Part shown: one piece after another, positions 35,601 through 50,600 of the stretch | Layout: every line of letters starts with the position of its first letter | Position numbering within the stretch: position 1 is the first letter of the stretch | NCBI GenBank assembly: GCA_043228905.1 | Contig: JBHGNT010000026.1 | Coordinates: 1-64,000 of the forward strand | Direction of reading: 5' to 3' | Length of the DNA: 64,000 nucleotides | Source of the DNA: Azolla caroliniana | Lineage: Eukaryota > Plantae > Polypodiophyta | Position numbers and translations under genes: made by a program | Notes under the pieces: generated by a model | What the model saw: the letters and a program-made list of their open reading frames with translations, nothing else | Told to the model about the DNA's origin: nothing | The model's database searches: none

Positions 35601-38600
35601 GATTTTTGTGTACAAACATGCGAATCGAAGCTAACAACGCTAGCTATCATATGGAATTGAAAAATCAAGATTTTGAAACTCAGGTCGAGAGACATGACGA
35701 AATTAGCAAATTTGAGGAGTGAGTTGAGAGAAGCCCTTGAGTAAATTAAAATGTTCATACCTAGCGAGTGTGATATCGGAATTTTGTGTACAAACATGCG
35801 AATCGAAGCTAACAACGCTAGCTATGATATGGAATTGAAAAATCAAGATTCTGAAACTCCAGGCGAGAGACATGACGAAATTACCAAATTTGAGGAGTGA
35901 GGTTGGAAGAGCGCGTGAGTGAATTAAAATGTTCATACCTGGCTCGTGTGATATCGGATTTTTGTGTTCAAACATGCGAATCGAAGCTAACAACGCTAGC
36001 TATGATCTAGAATTAAAAAAGCAAGATTTTGAAACTCAGGTCGAGAGACATGACGAAATTACCAACTTTGAGGAGTGAGTTGAGATGAGCCCTTGAGTAT
36101 ATTAAAATGGTCATACCTAGCGAGTGTGATATCGGATTTTTGTGTTCAAACATGCGAATCGAAGCCAACAACGCTAGCTATGATATGCAATTAAAAAATC
36201 AAGATTTTGAAACTCAGGTCGAGAGACATGACGAAATTACCAACTTTGAGGAGTGAGTTGAGATGAGCCCTTGAGTATATTAAAATGGTCATACCTAGCG
36301 AGTGTGATATCGGATTTTTGTGTTCAAACATGCGAATCGAAGCCAACAACGCTAGCTATGATATGGAATTAAAAAATCAAGATTTTGACACTCAGGTCGA
36401 GAGACATGACGAAATTACCAAATTTGAGGAGTGAGTTGAGAGGAGCCCTTGAGTAAATTAAATTGTTCATACATAGCGAGTGTGATATCGGATTTTTGTG
36501 TACAAACATGCGAATCGAAGCTAACAACGCTAGCTATGATATGGAATTAAAAAATCAAGATTTTGAAACTAAGGTCGAGAGACATGACGAAATTACCAAA
36601 TTTGAGGAGGGAGTTGAGAGGGGCCCTTGAGTAAATTAAAATGTTCATACCTAGCGAGTGTGATATCGGAATTTTGTGTTCAAACATGCGAATCAAACCT
36701 AACAACGCTAGCTATGATCTAGAATTAAAAAAGCAAGATTTTGAAACTCAGGTCGAGAGTCATGACGGAATTAGCAAATTTGAGGAGTGAGTTGAGAGGA
36801 GCCCTTGAGTAAATTAAAAGGGTCATACCTAGCGAGTGTGATATCGGATTTTTGTGTACAAACATGCGAATCGAAGCTAACAACGCTAGCTATCATATGG
36901 AATTGAAAAATCAAGATTTTGAAACTCAGGTCGAGAGACATGACGAAATTAGCAAATTTGAGGAGTGAGTTGAGAGAAGCCCTTGAGTAAATTAAAATGT
37001 TCATACCTAGCGAGTGTGATATCGGAATTTTGTGTACAAACATGCGAATCGAAGCTAACAACGCTAGCTATGATATGGAATTGAAAAATCAAGATTTTGA
37101 AACTCAGGTCGAGAGACATGACGAAATTAGCAAATTTGAGGAGTGAGTTGAGAGGAGCCCTTGAGTAAATAAAAATGTTCATACCTAGCTCGTGTGATAT
37201 CGGATTTTTGTGTTCAAACATGCGAATCGAAGCTAACAACGCTAGCTATGATATGGAATTACAAAATCAAGATTTTGAAACTCCAGGCGAGAGACATGAC
37301 GAAATTACCAAATTTGAGGAGTGAGGTTGGAAGAGCGCGTGAGTGAATTAAAATGTTCATACCTGGCTCGTGTGATATCGGATGTTTGGGTTTAAACATG
37401 CCTATCGAAGGTAACAACGCTAGCTATGATATGGACTTAAAAAATCAAGATTTTGAAACTCAGGTCGAGAGACATGACGAAATTACCAACTTTGAGGAGT
37501 GAGTTGAGATGAGCCCTTGAGTATATTAAAATGGTCATACCTAGCGAGTGTGATATCGGATTTTTGTGTTCAAACATGCGAATCGAAGCCAACAACGCTA
37601 GCTATGATATGGAATTAAAAAATCAAGATTTTGAAACTCAGGTCGAGAGACATGACGAAATTAGCAAATTTGAGGAGTGAGTTGAGAGGAGCCCTTGAGT
37701 AAATTAAAATGGTCATACCTAGCGAGTGTGATATCGGATTTTTGTGTACAAACATGCGAATCGAAGCTAACAACGCTAGCTATGACATGGAATTAAAAAA
37801 TCAAGATTATGAAACTCAGGTCGAGAGACATGACGAAATTACCAAATTTGAGGAGGGAGTTAAGAAGATCTATTAGGTAAATTAAAATGTTCATACCTGG
37901 CTCGTGTGATATCGGATTTTTGTGTTCAAACATGCGAATCGAAGCTAACAACGCTAGCTATGATATGGAATTACAAAATCAAGATTTTGAAACTCCAGGC
38001 GAGAGACATGACGAAATTACCAAATTTGAGGAGTGAGGTTGGAAGAGCGCGTGAGTGAATTAAAATGTTCATACCTGGCTCGTGTGATATCGGATGTTTG
38101 GGTTTAAACATGCCTATCGAAGGTAACAACGCTAGCTATGATATAGAATTAAAAAATCAAGATTTTGACACTCAGGTCGAGAGACATGACGAAATTACCA
38201 AATTTGAGGAGTGAGTTGAGAGGAGCCCTTGAGTAAATTAAATTGTTCATACATAACGAGTGTGATATCGGATTTTTGTGTACAAACATGCGAATCGAAG
38301 CTAACAACGCTAGCTATGATATGGAATTAAAAAATCAAGATTTTGAAACTAAGGTCGAGAGACATGACGAAATTAGCAAATTTGAGGAGGGAGTTGAGAG
38401 GGGCCCTTGAGTAAATTAAAATGTTCATACCTAGCGAGTGTGATATCGGAATTTTGTGTTCAAACATGCGAATCAAACCTAACAACGCTAGCTATGATCT
38501 AGAATTAAAAAAGCAAGATTTTGAAACTCAGGTCGAGAGTCATGACGGAATTAGCAAATTTGAGGAGTGAGTTGAGAGGAGCCCTTGAGTAAATTAAAAG

Positions 38601-41600
38601 GGTCATACCTAGCGAGTGTGATATCGGATTTTTGTGTACAAACATGCGAATCGAAGCTAACAACGCTAGCTATCATATGGAATTGAAAAATCAAGATTTT
38701 GAAACTCAGGTCGAGAGACATGACGAAATTAGCAAATTTGAGGAGTGAGTTGAGAGAAGCCCTTGAGTAAATTAAAATGTTCCTACCTAGCGAGTGTGAT
38801 ATCGGAATTTTGTGTACAAACATGCGAATCGAAGCTAACAACGCTAGCTATGATATGGAATTGAAAAATCAAGATTTTGAAACTCAGGTCGAGAGACATG
38901 ACGAAATTAGCAAATTTGAGGAGTGAGTTGAGAGGAGCCCTTGAGTAAATAAAAATGTTCATACCTAGCTCGTGTGATATCGGATTTTTGTGTTCAAACA
39001 TGCGAATCGAAGCTAACAACGCTAGCTATGATATGGAATTACAAAATCAAGATTTTGAAACTCCAGGCGAGAGACATGACGAAATTACCAAATTTGAGGA
39101 GTGAGGTTGGAAGAGCGCGTGAGTGAATTAAAATGTTCATACCTGGCTCGTGTGATATCGGATGTTTGGGTTTAAACATGCCTATCGAAGGTAACAACGC
39201 TAGCTATGATATGGACTTAAAAAATCAAGATTTTGAAACTCAGGTCGAGAGACATGACGAAATTACCAACTTTGAGGAGTGAGTTGAGATGAGCCCTTGA
39301 GTATATTAAAATGGTCATACCTAGCGAGTGTGATATCGGATTTTTGTGTTCAAACATGCGAATCGAAGCTAACAACGCTAGCTATGATATGGAATTAAAA
39401 AATCAAGATTTTGACACTCAGGTCGAGAGACATGACGAAATTAGCAAATTTGAGGAGTGAGTTGAGAGGAGCCCTTGAGTAAATTAAAATGGTCATACCT
39501 AGCGAGTGTGATATCGGATTTTTGTGTACAAACATGCGAATCGAAGCTAACAACGCTAGCTATGACATGGAATTAAAAAATCAAGATTATGAAACTCAGG
39601 TCGAGAGACATGACGAAATTACCAAATTTGAGGAGGGAGTTAAGAAGAGCTATTAGGTAAATTAAAATGTTCATACCTGGCTCGTGTGATATCGGATTTT
39701 TGTGTTCAAACATGCGAATCGAAGCTAACAACGCTAGCTATGATATGGAATTACAAAATCAAGATTTTGAAACTCCAGGCGAGAGACATGACGAAATTAC
39801 CAAATTTGAGGAGTGAGGTTGGAAGAGCGCGTGAGTGAATTAAAATGGTCATACCTAGCGAGTGTGATATCGGATTTTTGTGTACAAACATGCGAATCGA
39901 AGCTAACAACGCTAGCTATCATATGGAATTGAAAAATCAAGATTTTGAAACTCAGGTCGAGAGACATGACGAAATTAGCAAATTTGAGGAGTGAGTTGAG
40001 AGAAGCCCTTGAGTAAATTAAAATGTTCATACCTAGCGAGTGTGATATCGGAATTTTGTGTACAAACATGCGAATCGAAGCTAACAACGCTAGCTATGAT
40101 ATGGAATTGAAAAATCAAGATTTTGAAACTCAGGTCGAGAGACATGACGAAATTAGCAAATTTGAGGAGTGAGTTGAGAGGAGCCCTTGAGTAAATAAAA
40201 ATGTTCATACCTAGCTCGTGTGATATCGGATTTTTGTGTACAAACATGCGAATCGAAGCTAACAACGCTAGCTATGACATGGAATTAAAAAATCAAGATT
40301 ATGAAACTCAGGTCGAGAGACATGACGAAATTACCAAATTTGAGGAGGGAGTTAAGAAGAGCTATTAGGTAAATTAAAATGTTCATACCTGGCTCGTGTG
40401 ATATCGGATTTTTGTGTTCAAACATGCGAATCGAAGCTAACAACGCTAGCTATGATATAGAATTAAAAAATCAAGATTTTGACACTCAGGTCGAGAGACA
40501 TGACGAAATTAGCAAATTTGAGGAGTGAGTTGAGAGGAGCCCTTGAGTAAATTAAATTGTTCATACATAGCGAGTGTGATATCGGATTTTTGTGTACAAA
40601 CATGCGAATCGAAGCTAACAACGCTAGCTATGATATGGAATTAAAAAATCAAGATTTTGAAACTAAGGTCGAGAGACATGACGAAATTACCAAATTTGAG
40701 GAGGGAGTTGAGAGGGGCCCTTGAGTAAATTAAAATGTTCATACCTAGCGAGTGTGATATCGGAATTTTGTGTTCAAACATGCGAATCAAACCTAACAAC
40801 GCTAGCTATGATCTAGAATTAAAAAAGCAAGATTTTGAAACTCAGGTCGAGAGTCATGACGGAATTAGCAAATTTGAGGAGTGAGTTGAGAGGAGCCCTT
40901 GAGTAAATTAAAAGGGTCATACCTAGCGAGTGTGATATCGGATTTCTGTGTACAAACATGCGAATCGAAGCTAACAACGCTAGCTATCATATGGAATTGA
41001 AAAATCAAGATTTTGAAACTCAGGTCGAGAGACATGACGAAATTAGCAAATTTGAGGAGTGAGTTGAGAGAAGCCCTTGAGTAAATTAAAATGTTCATAC
41101 CTAGCGAGTGTGATATCGGAATTTTGTGTACAAACATGCGAATCGAAGCTAACAACGCTAGCTATGATATGGAATTGAAAAATCAAGATTTTGAAACTCA
41201 GGTCGAGAGACATGACGAAATTAGCAAATTTGAGGAGTGAGTTGAGAGGAGCCCTTGAGTAAATAAAAATGTTCATACCTAGCTCGTGTGATATCGGATT
41301 TTTGTGTTCAAACATGCGAATCGAAGCTAACAACGCTAGCTATGATATGGAATTACAAAATCAAGATTTTGAAACTCCAGGCGAGAGACATGACGAAATT
41401 ACCAAATTTGAGGAGTGAGGTTGGAAGAGCGCGTGAGTGAATTAAAATGTTCATACCTGGCTCGTGTGATATCGGATGTTTGGGTTTAAACATGCCTATC
41501 GAAGGTAACAACGCTAGCTATGATATGGACTTAAAAAATCAAGATTTTGAAACTCAGGTCGAGAGACATGACGAAATTACCAACTTTGAGGAGTGAGTTG

Positions 41601-44600
41601 AGATGAGCCCTTGAGTATATTAAAATGGTCATACCTAGCGAGTGTGATATCGGATTTTTGTGTTCAAACATGCGAATCGAAGCCAACAACGCTAGCTATG
41701 ATATGCAATTAAAAAATCAAGATTTTGAAACTCAGGTCGAGAGACATGACGAAATTAGCAAATTTGAGGAGTGAGTTGAGAGGAGCCCTTGAGTAAATTA
41801 AAATGGTCATACCTAGCGAGTGTGATATCGGATTTTTGTGTACAAACATGCGAATCGAAGCTAACAACGCTAGCTATGACATGGAATTAAAAAATCAAGA
41901 TTATGAAACTCAGGTCGAGAGACATGACGAAATTACCAAATTTGAGGAGGGAGTTAAGAAGAGCTATTAGGTAAATTAAAATGTTCATACCTGGCTCGTG
42001 TGATATCGGATTTTTGTGTTCAAACATGCGAATCGAAGCTAACAACGCTAGCTATGATATAGAATTAAAAATTCAAGATTTTGACACTCAGGTCGAGAGA
42101 CATGACGAAATTACCAAATTTGAGGAGTGAGTTGAGAGGAGCCCTTGAGTAAATTAAAATGTTCATACATAGCGAGTGTGATATCGGATTTTTGTGTACA
42201 AACATGCGAATCGAAGCTAACAACGCTAGCTATGATATGGAATTAAAAAATCAAGATTTTGAAACTCAGATCGAGAGACATGACGTAATTTCCAAATTTC
42301 AGGAGGGAGTTGAGAAGAGCCCTTGAGTAAATTAAAATGGTCATACCTAGCGAGTGTGATATCGGATTTTTGTGTACAAACATGCGAATTGAAGCTAACA
42401 ACGCTAGCTATCATATGGAATTGAAAAATCAAGATTTTGAAACTCAGGTCGAGAGACATGACGAAATTAGCAAATTTGAGGAGTGAGTTGAGAGAAGCCC
42501 TTGAGTAAATTAAAATGTTCATACCTAGCGAGTGTGATATCGGAATTTTGTGTACAAACATGCGAATCGAAGCTAACAACGCTAGCTATGATATGGAATT
42601 GAAAAATCAAGATTTTGAAACTCAGGTCGAGAGACATGACGAAATTAGCAAATTTGAGGAGTGAGTTGAGAGGAGCCCTTGAGTAAATAAAAATGTTCAT
42701 ACCTAGCTCGTGTGATATCGGATTTTTGTGTTCAAACATGCGAATCGAAGCTAACAACGCTAGCTATGATATGGAATTACAAAATCAAGATTTTGAAACT
42801 CCAGGCGAGAGACATGACGAAATTACCAAATTTGAGGAGTGAGGTTGGAAGAGCGCGTGAGTGAATTAAAATGTTCATACCTGGCTCGTGTGATATCGGA
42901 TTTTTGTGTTCAAACATGCGAATCGAAGCTAACAACGCTAGCTATGATCTAGAATTAAAAAAGCAAGATTTTGAAACTCAGGTCGAGAGACATGACGAAA
43001 TTACCAACTTTGAGGAGTGAGTTGAGATGAGCCCTTGAGTATATTAAAATGGTCATACCTAGCGAGTGTGATATCGGAATTTTGTGTTCAAACATGCGAA
43101 TCAAACCTAACAACGCTAGCTATGATCTAGAATTAAAAAAGCAAGATTTTGAAACTCAGGTCGAGAGTCATGACGGAATTAGCAAATTTGAGGAGTGAGT
43201 TGAGAGGAGCCCTTGAGTAAATTAAAAGGGTCATACCTAGCGAGTGTGATATCGGATTTTTGTGTACAAACATGCGAATCGAAGCTAACAACGCTAGCTA
43301 TCATATGGAATTGAAAAATCAAGATTTTGAAACTCAGGTCGAGAGACATGACGAAATTAGCAAATTTGAGGAGTGAGTTGAGAGAAGCCCTTGAGTAAAT
43401 TAAAATGTTCCTACCTAGCGAGTGTGATATCGGAATTTTGTGTACAAACATGCGAATCGAAGCTAACAACGCTAGCTATGATATGGAATTGAAAAATCAA
43501 GATTTTGAAACTCAGGTCGAGAGACATGACGAAATTAGCAAATTTGAGGAGTGAGTTGAGAGGAGCCCTTGAGTAAATAAAAATGTTCATACCTAGCTCG
43601 TGTGATATCGGATTTTTGTGTTCAAACATGCGAATCGAAGCTAACAACGCTAGCTATGATATGGAATTACAAAATCAAGATTTTGAAACTCCAGGCGAGA
43701 GACATGACGAAATTACCAAATTTGAGGAGTGAGGTTGGAAGAGCGCGTGAGTGAATTAAAATGTTCATACCTGGCTCGTGTGATATCGGATGTTTGGGTT
43801 TAAACATGCCTATCGAAGGTAACAACGCTAGCTATGATATGGACTTAAAAAATCAAGATTTTGAAACTCAGGTCGAGAGACATGACGAAATTACCAACTT
43901 TGAGGAGTGAGTTGAGATGAGCCCTTGAGTATATTAAAATGGTCATACCTAGCGAGTGTGATATCGGATTTTTGTGTTCAAACATGCGAATCGAAGCCAA
44001 CAACGCTAGCTATGATATGCAATTAAAAAATCAAGATTTTGAAACTCAGGTCGAGAGACATGACGAAATTAGCAAATTTGAGGAGTGAGTTGAGAGGAGC
44101 CCTTGAGTAAATTAAAATGGTCATACCTAGCGAGTGTGATATCGGATTTTTGTGTACAAACATGCGAATCGAAGCTAACAACGCTAGCTATGACATGGAA
44201 TTAAAAAATCAAGATTATGAAACTCAGGTCGAGAGACATGACGAAATTACCAAATTTGAGGAGGGAGTTAAGAAGAGCTATTAGGTAAATTAAAATGTTC
44301 ATACCTGGCTCGTGTGATATCGAATTTTTGTGTTCAAACATGCGAATCGAAGCTAACACCGCTAGCTATGATATAGAATTAAAAATTCAAGATTTTGACA
44401 CTCAGGTCGAGAGACATGACGAAATTACCAAATTTGAGGAGTGAGTTGAGAGGAGCCCTTGAGTAAATTAAAATGTTCATACATAGCGAGTGTGATATCG
44501 GATTTTTGTGTACAAACATGCGAATCGAAGCTAACAACGCTAGCTATGATATGGAATTAAAAAATCAAGATTTTGAAACTAAGGTCGAGAGACATGACGA

Positions 44601-47600
44601 AATTACCAAATTTGAGGAGGGAGTTGAGAGGGGCCCTTGAGTAAATAAAAATGTTCATACCTAGCGAGTGTGATATCGGAATTTTGTGTTCAAACATGCG
44701 AATCAAACCTAACAACGCTAGCTATGATCTAGAATTAAAAAAGCAAGATTTTGAAACTCAGGTCGAGAGTCATGACGGAATTAGCAAATTTGAGGAGTGA
44801 GTTGAGAGGAGCCCTTGAGTAAATTAAAATGGTCATACCTAGCGAGTGTGATATCGGATTTTTGTGTACAAACATGCGAATCGAAGCTAACAACGCTAGC
44901 TATCATATGGAATTGAAAAATCAAGATTTTGAAACTCAGGTCGAGAGACATGACGAAATTAGCAAATTTGAGGAGTGAGTTGAGAGAAGCCCTTGAGTAA
45001 ATTAAAATGTTCATACCTAGCGAGTGTGATATCGGAATTTTGTGTACAAACATGCGAATCGAAGCTAACAATGCTAGCTATGATATGGAATTGAAAAATC
45101 AAGATTTTGAAACTCAGGTCGAGAGACATGATGAAATTAGCAAATTTGAGGAGTGAGTTGAGAGGAGCCCTTGAGTAAATAAAAATGTTCATACCTAGCT
45201 CGTGTGATATCGGATTTTTGTGTACAAACATGCGAATCGAAGCTAACAACGCTAGCTATGACATGGAATTACAAAATCAAGATTTTGAAACTCCAGGCGA
45301 GAGACATGACGAAATTACCAAATTTGAGGAGTGAGGTTGGAAGAGCGCGTGAGTGAATTAAAATGTTCATACCTGGCTCGTGTGATATCGGATTTTTGTG
45401 TTCAAACATGCGAATCAAACCTAACAACGCTAGCTATGATCTAGAATTAAAAAAGCAAGATTTTGAAACTCAGGTCGAGAGACATGACGAAATTAGCAAA
45501 TTTGAGGAGTGAGTTGAGAGGAGCCCTTGAGTAAATTAAAATGGTCATACCTAGCGAGTGTGATATCGGATTTTTGTGTACAAACATGCGAATCGAAGCT
45601 AACAACGCTAGCTATGATATGGAATTGAAAAATCAAAATTTTGAAACTCAGGTCGAGAGACATGACGAAATTAGCAAATTTGAGGAGTGAGTTGAGAGGA
45701 GCCCTTGAGTAAATAAAAATGTTCATACCTAGCTCGTGTGATATCGGATTTTTGTGTACAAACATGCGAATCGAAGCTAACAACGCTAGCTATGACATGG
45801 AATTAAAAAATCAAGATTATGAAACTCAGGTCGAGAGACATGACGAAATTACCAAATTTGAGGAGGGAGTTAAGAAGAGCTATTAGGTAAATTAAAATGT
45901 TCATACCTGGCTCGTGTGATATCGGATTTTTGTGTTCAAACATGCGAATCGAAGCTAACAACGCTAGCTATGATATAGAATTAAAAAATCAAGATTTTGA
46001 CACTCAGGTCGAGAGACATGACGAAATTACCAAATTTGAGGAGTGAGTTGAGAGGAGCCCTTGAGTAAATTAAAATGTTCATACATAGCGAGTGTGATAT
46101 CGGATTTTTGTGTTCAAACATGCGAATCGAAGCCAACAACGCTAGCTATGATATGGAATTAAAAAATCAAGATTTTGAAACTCAGGTCGAGAGACATGAC
46201 GAAATTAGCAAATTTGAGGAGTGAGTTGAGAGGAGCCCTTGAGTAAATTAAAATGGTCATACCTAGCGAGTGTGATATCGGATTTTTGTGTACAAACATG
46301 CGAATCGAAGCTAACAACGCTAGCTATGACATGGAATTAAAAAATCAAGATTTTGAAACTCAGGTCGAGAGTCATGACGAAATTACCAAATTTGAGGAGG
46401 GAGTTAAGAAGAGCTATTAGGTAAATTAAAATGTTCATACCTGGCTCGTGTGATATCGGATTTTTGTGTTCAAACATGCGAATCGAAGCTAACAACGCTA
46501 GCTATGATATAGAATTAAAAAATCAAGATTTTGAAACTCAGGTCGAGAGTCATGACGGAATTAGCAAATTTGAGGAGTGAGTTGAGAGGAGCCCTTGAGT
46601 AAATTAAAATGGTCATACCTAGCGAGTGTGATATCGGATTTTTGTGTACAAACATGCGAATCGAAGCTAACAACGCTAGCTATCATATGGAATTGAAAAA
46701 TCAAGATTTTGAAACTCAGGTCGAGAGACATGACGAAATTAGCAAATTTGAGGAGTGAGTTGAGAGAAGCCCTTGAGTAAATTAAAATGTTCATACCTAG
46801 CGAGTGTGATATCGGAATTTTGTGTACAAACATGCGAATCGAAGCTAACAACGCTAGCTATGATATGGAATTGAAAAATCAAGATTTTGAAACTCAGGTC
46901 GAGAGACATGACGAAATTAGCAAATTTGAGGAGTGAGTTGAGAGGAGCCCTTGAGTAAATAAAAATGTTCATACCTAGCTCGTGTGATATCGGATTTTTG
47001 TGTTCAAACATGCGAATCAAACCTAACAACGCTAGCTATGATCTAGAATTAAAAAATCAAGATTATGAAACTCAGGTCGAGAGACATGACGAAATTACCA
47101 AATTTGAGGAGGGAGTTAAGAAGAGCTATTAGGTAAATTAAAATGTTCATACCTGGCTCGTGTGATATCGGATTTTTGTGTTCAAACATGCGAATCGAAG
47201 CTAACAACGCTAGCTATGATATAGAATTAAAAAATCAAGATTTTGACACTCAGGTCGAGAGACATGACGAAATTACCAAATTTGAGGAGTGAGTTGAGAG
47301 GAGCCCTTGAGTAAATTAAAATGTTCATACATAGCGAGTGTGATATCGGATTTTTGTGTTCAAACATGCGAATCGAAGCCAACAACGCTAGCTATGATAT
47401 GGAATTAAAAAATCAAGATTTTGAAACTCAGGTCGAGAGACATGACGAAATTAGCAAATTTGAGGAGTGAGTTGAGAGGAGCCCTTGAGTAAATTAAAAT
47501 GGTCATACCTAGCGAGTGTGATATCGGATTTTTGTGTACAAACATGCGAATCGAAGCTAACAACGCTAGCTATGACATGGAATTAAAAAATCAAGATTTT

Positions 47601-50600
47601 GAAACTCAGGTTGAGAGTCATGACGGAATTAGCAAATTTGAGGAGTGAGTTGAGAGGAGCCCTTGAGTAAATTAAAATGGTCATACCTAGCGAGTGTGAT
47701 ATCGGATTTTTGTGTACAAACATGCGAATCGAAGCTAACAACGCTAGCTATCATATGGAATTGAAAAATCAAGATTTTGAAACTCAGGTCGAGAGACATG
47801 ACGAAATTAGCAAATTTGAGGAGTGAGTTGAGAGAAGCCCTTGAGTAAATTAAAATGTTCATACCTAGCGAGTGTGATATCGGATTTTTGTGTACAAACA
47901 TGCGAATCGAAGCCAACAACGCTAGCTATGATATGCAATTAAAAAATCAAGATTTTGAAACTAAGGTCGAGAGACATGACGAAATTACCAAATTTGAGGA
48001 GGGAGTTGAGAGGGGCCCTTGAGTAAATAAAAATGTTCATACCTAGCGAGTGTGATATCGGAATTTTGTGTTCAAACATGCGAATCAAACCTAACAACGC
48101 TAGCTATGATCTAGAATTAAAAAAGCAAGATTTTGAAACTCAGGTCGAGAGTCATGACGGAATTAGCAAATTTGAGGAGTGAGTTGAGAGGAGCCCTTGA
48201 GTAAATTAAAATGGTCATACCTAGCGAGTGTGATATCGGATTTTTGTGTACAAACATGCGAATCGAAGCTAACAACGCTAGCTATCATATGGAATTGAAA
48301 AATCAAGATTTTGAAACTCAGGTCGAGAGACATGACGAAATTAGCAAATTTGAGGAGTGAGTTGAGAGAAGCCCTTGAGTAAATTAAAATGTTCATACCT
48401 AGCGAGTGTGATATCGGAATTTTGTGTACAAACATGCGAATCGAAGCTAACAATGCTAGCTATGATATGGAATTGAAAAATCAAGATTTTGAAACTCAGG
48501 TCGAGAGACATGACGAAATTAGCAAATTTGAGGAGTGAGTTGAGAGGAGCCCTTGAGTAAATAAAAATGTTCATACCTAGCTCGTGTGATATCGGATTTT
48601 TGTGTTCAAACATGCGAATCAAACCTAACAACGCTAGCTATGATCTAGAATTAAAAAATCAAGATTATGAAACTCAGGTCGAGAGACATGACGAAATTAC
48701 CAAATTTGAGGAGGGAGTTAAGAAGAGCTATTAGGTAAATTAAAATGTTCATACCTGGCTCGTGTGATATCGGATTTTTGTGTTCAAACATGCGAATCGA
48801 AGCTAACAACGCTAGCTATGATATAGAATTAAAAAATCAAGATTTTGACACTCAGGTCGAGAGACATGACGAAATTACCAAATTTGAGGAGTGAGTTGAG
48901 AGGAGCCCTTGAGTAAATTAAAATGTTCATACATAGCGAGTGTGATATCGGATTTTTGTGTTCAAACATGCGAATCGAAGCCAACAACGCTAGCTATGAT
49001 ATGGAATTAAAAAATCAAGATTTTGAAACTCAGGTCGAGAGACATGACGAAATTAGCAAATTTGAGGAGTGAGTTGAGAGGAGCCCTTGAGTAAATTAAA
49101 ATGGTCATACCTAGCGAGTGTGATATCGGATTTTTGTGTACAAACATGCGAATCGAAGCTAACAACGCTAGCTATGACATGGAATTAAAAAATCAAGATT
49201 TTGAAACTCAGGTTGAGAGTCATGACGGAATTAGCAAATTTGAGGAGTGAGTTGAGAGGAGCCCTTGAGTAAATTAAAATGGTCATACCTAGCGAGTGTG
49301 ATATCGGATTTTTGTGTACAAACATGCGAATCGAAGCTAACAACGCTAGCTATCATATGGAATTGAAAAATCAAGATTTTGAAACTCAGGTCGAGAGACA
49401 TGACGAAATTAGCAAATTTGAGGAGTGAGTTGAGAGAAGCCCTTGAGTAAATTAAAATGTTCATACCTAGCGAGTGTGATATCGGATTTTTGTGTACAAA
49501 CATGCGAATCGAAGCCAACAACGCTAGCTATGATATGCAATTAAAAAATCAAGATTTTGAAACTAAGGTCGAGAGACATGACGAAATTACCAAATTTGAG
49601 GAGGGAGTTGAGAGGGGCCCTTGAGTAAATAAAAATGTTCATACCTAGCGAGTGTGATATCGGAATTTTGTGTTCAAACATGCGAATCAAACCTAACAAC
49701 GCTAGCTATGATCTAGAATTAAAAAAGCAAGATTTTGAAACTCAGGTCGAGAGTCATGACGGAATTAGCAAATTTGAGGAGTGAGTTGAGAGGAGCCCTT
49801 GAGTAAATTAAAATGGTCATACCTAGCGAGTGTGATATCGGATTTTTGTGTACAAACATGCGAATCGAAGCTAACAACGCTAGCTATCATATGGAATTGA
49901 AAAATCAAGATTTTGAAACTCAGGTCGAGAGACATGACGAAATTAGCAAATTTGAGGAGTGAGTTGAGAGAAGCCCTTGAGTAAATTAAAATGTTCATAC
50001 CTAGCGAGTGTGATATCGGAATTTTGTGTACAAACATGCGAATCGAAGCTAACAATGCTAGCTATGATATGGAATTGAAAAATCAAGATTTTGAAACTCA
50101 GGTCGAGAGACATGACGAAATTAGCAAATTTGAGGAGTGAGTTGAGAGGAGCCCTTGAGTAAATAAAAATGTTCATACCTAGCTCGTGTGATATCGGATT
50201 TTTGTGTACAAACATGCGAATCGAAGCTAACAACGCTAGCTATGACATGGAATTACAAAATCAAGATTTTGAAACTCCAGGCGAGAGACATGACGAAATT
50301 ACCAAATTTGAGGAGTGAGGTTGGAAGAGCGCGTGAGTGAATTAAAATGTTCATACCTGGCTCGTGTGATATCGGATTTTTGTGTTCAAACATGCGAATC
50401 AAACCTAACAACGCTAGCTATGATCTAGAATTAAAAAAGCAAGATTTTGAAACTCAGGTCGAGAGACATGACGAAATTAGCAAATTTGAGGAGTGAGTTG
50501 AGAGGAGCCCTTGAGTAAATTAAAATGGTCATACCTAGCGAGTGTGATATCGGATTTTTGTGTACAAACATGCGAATCGAAGCTAACAACGCTAGCTATG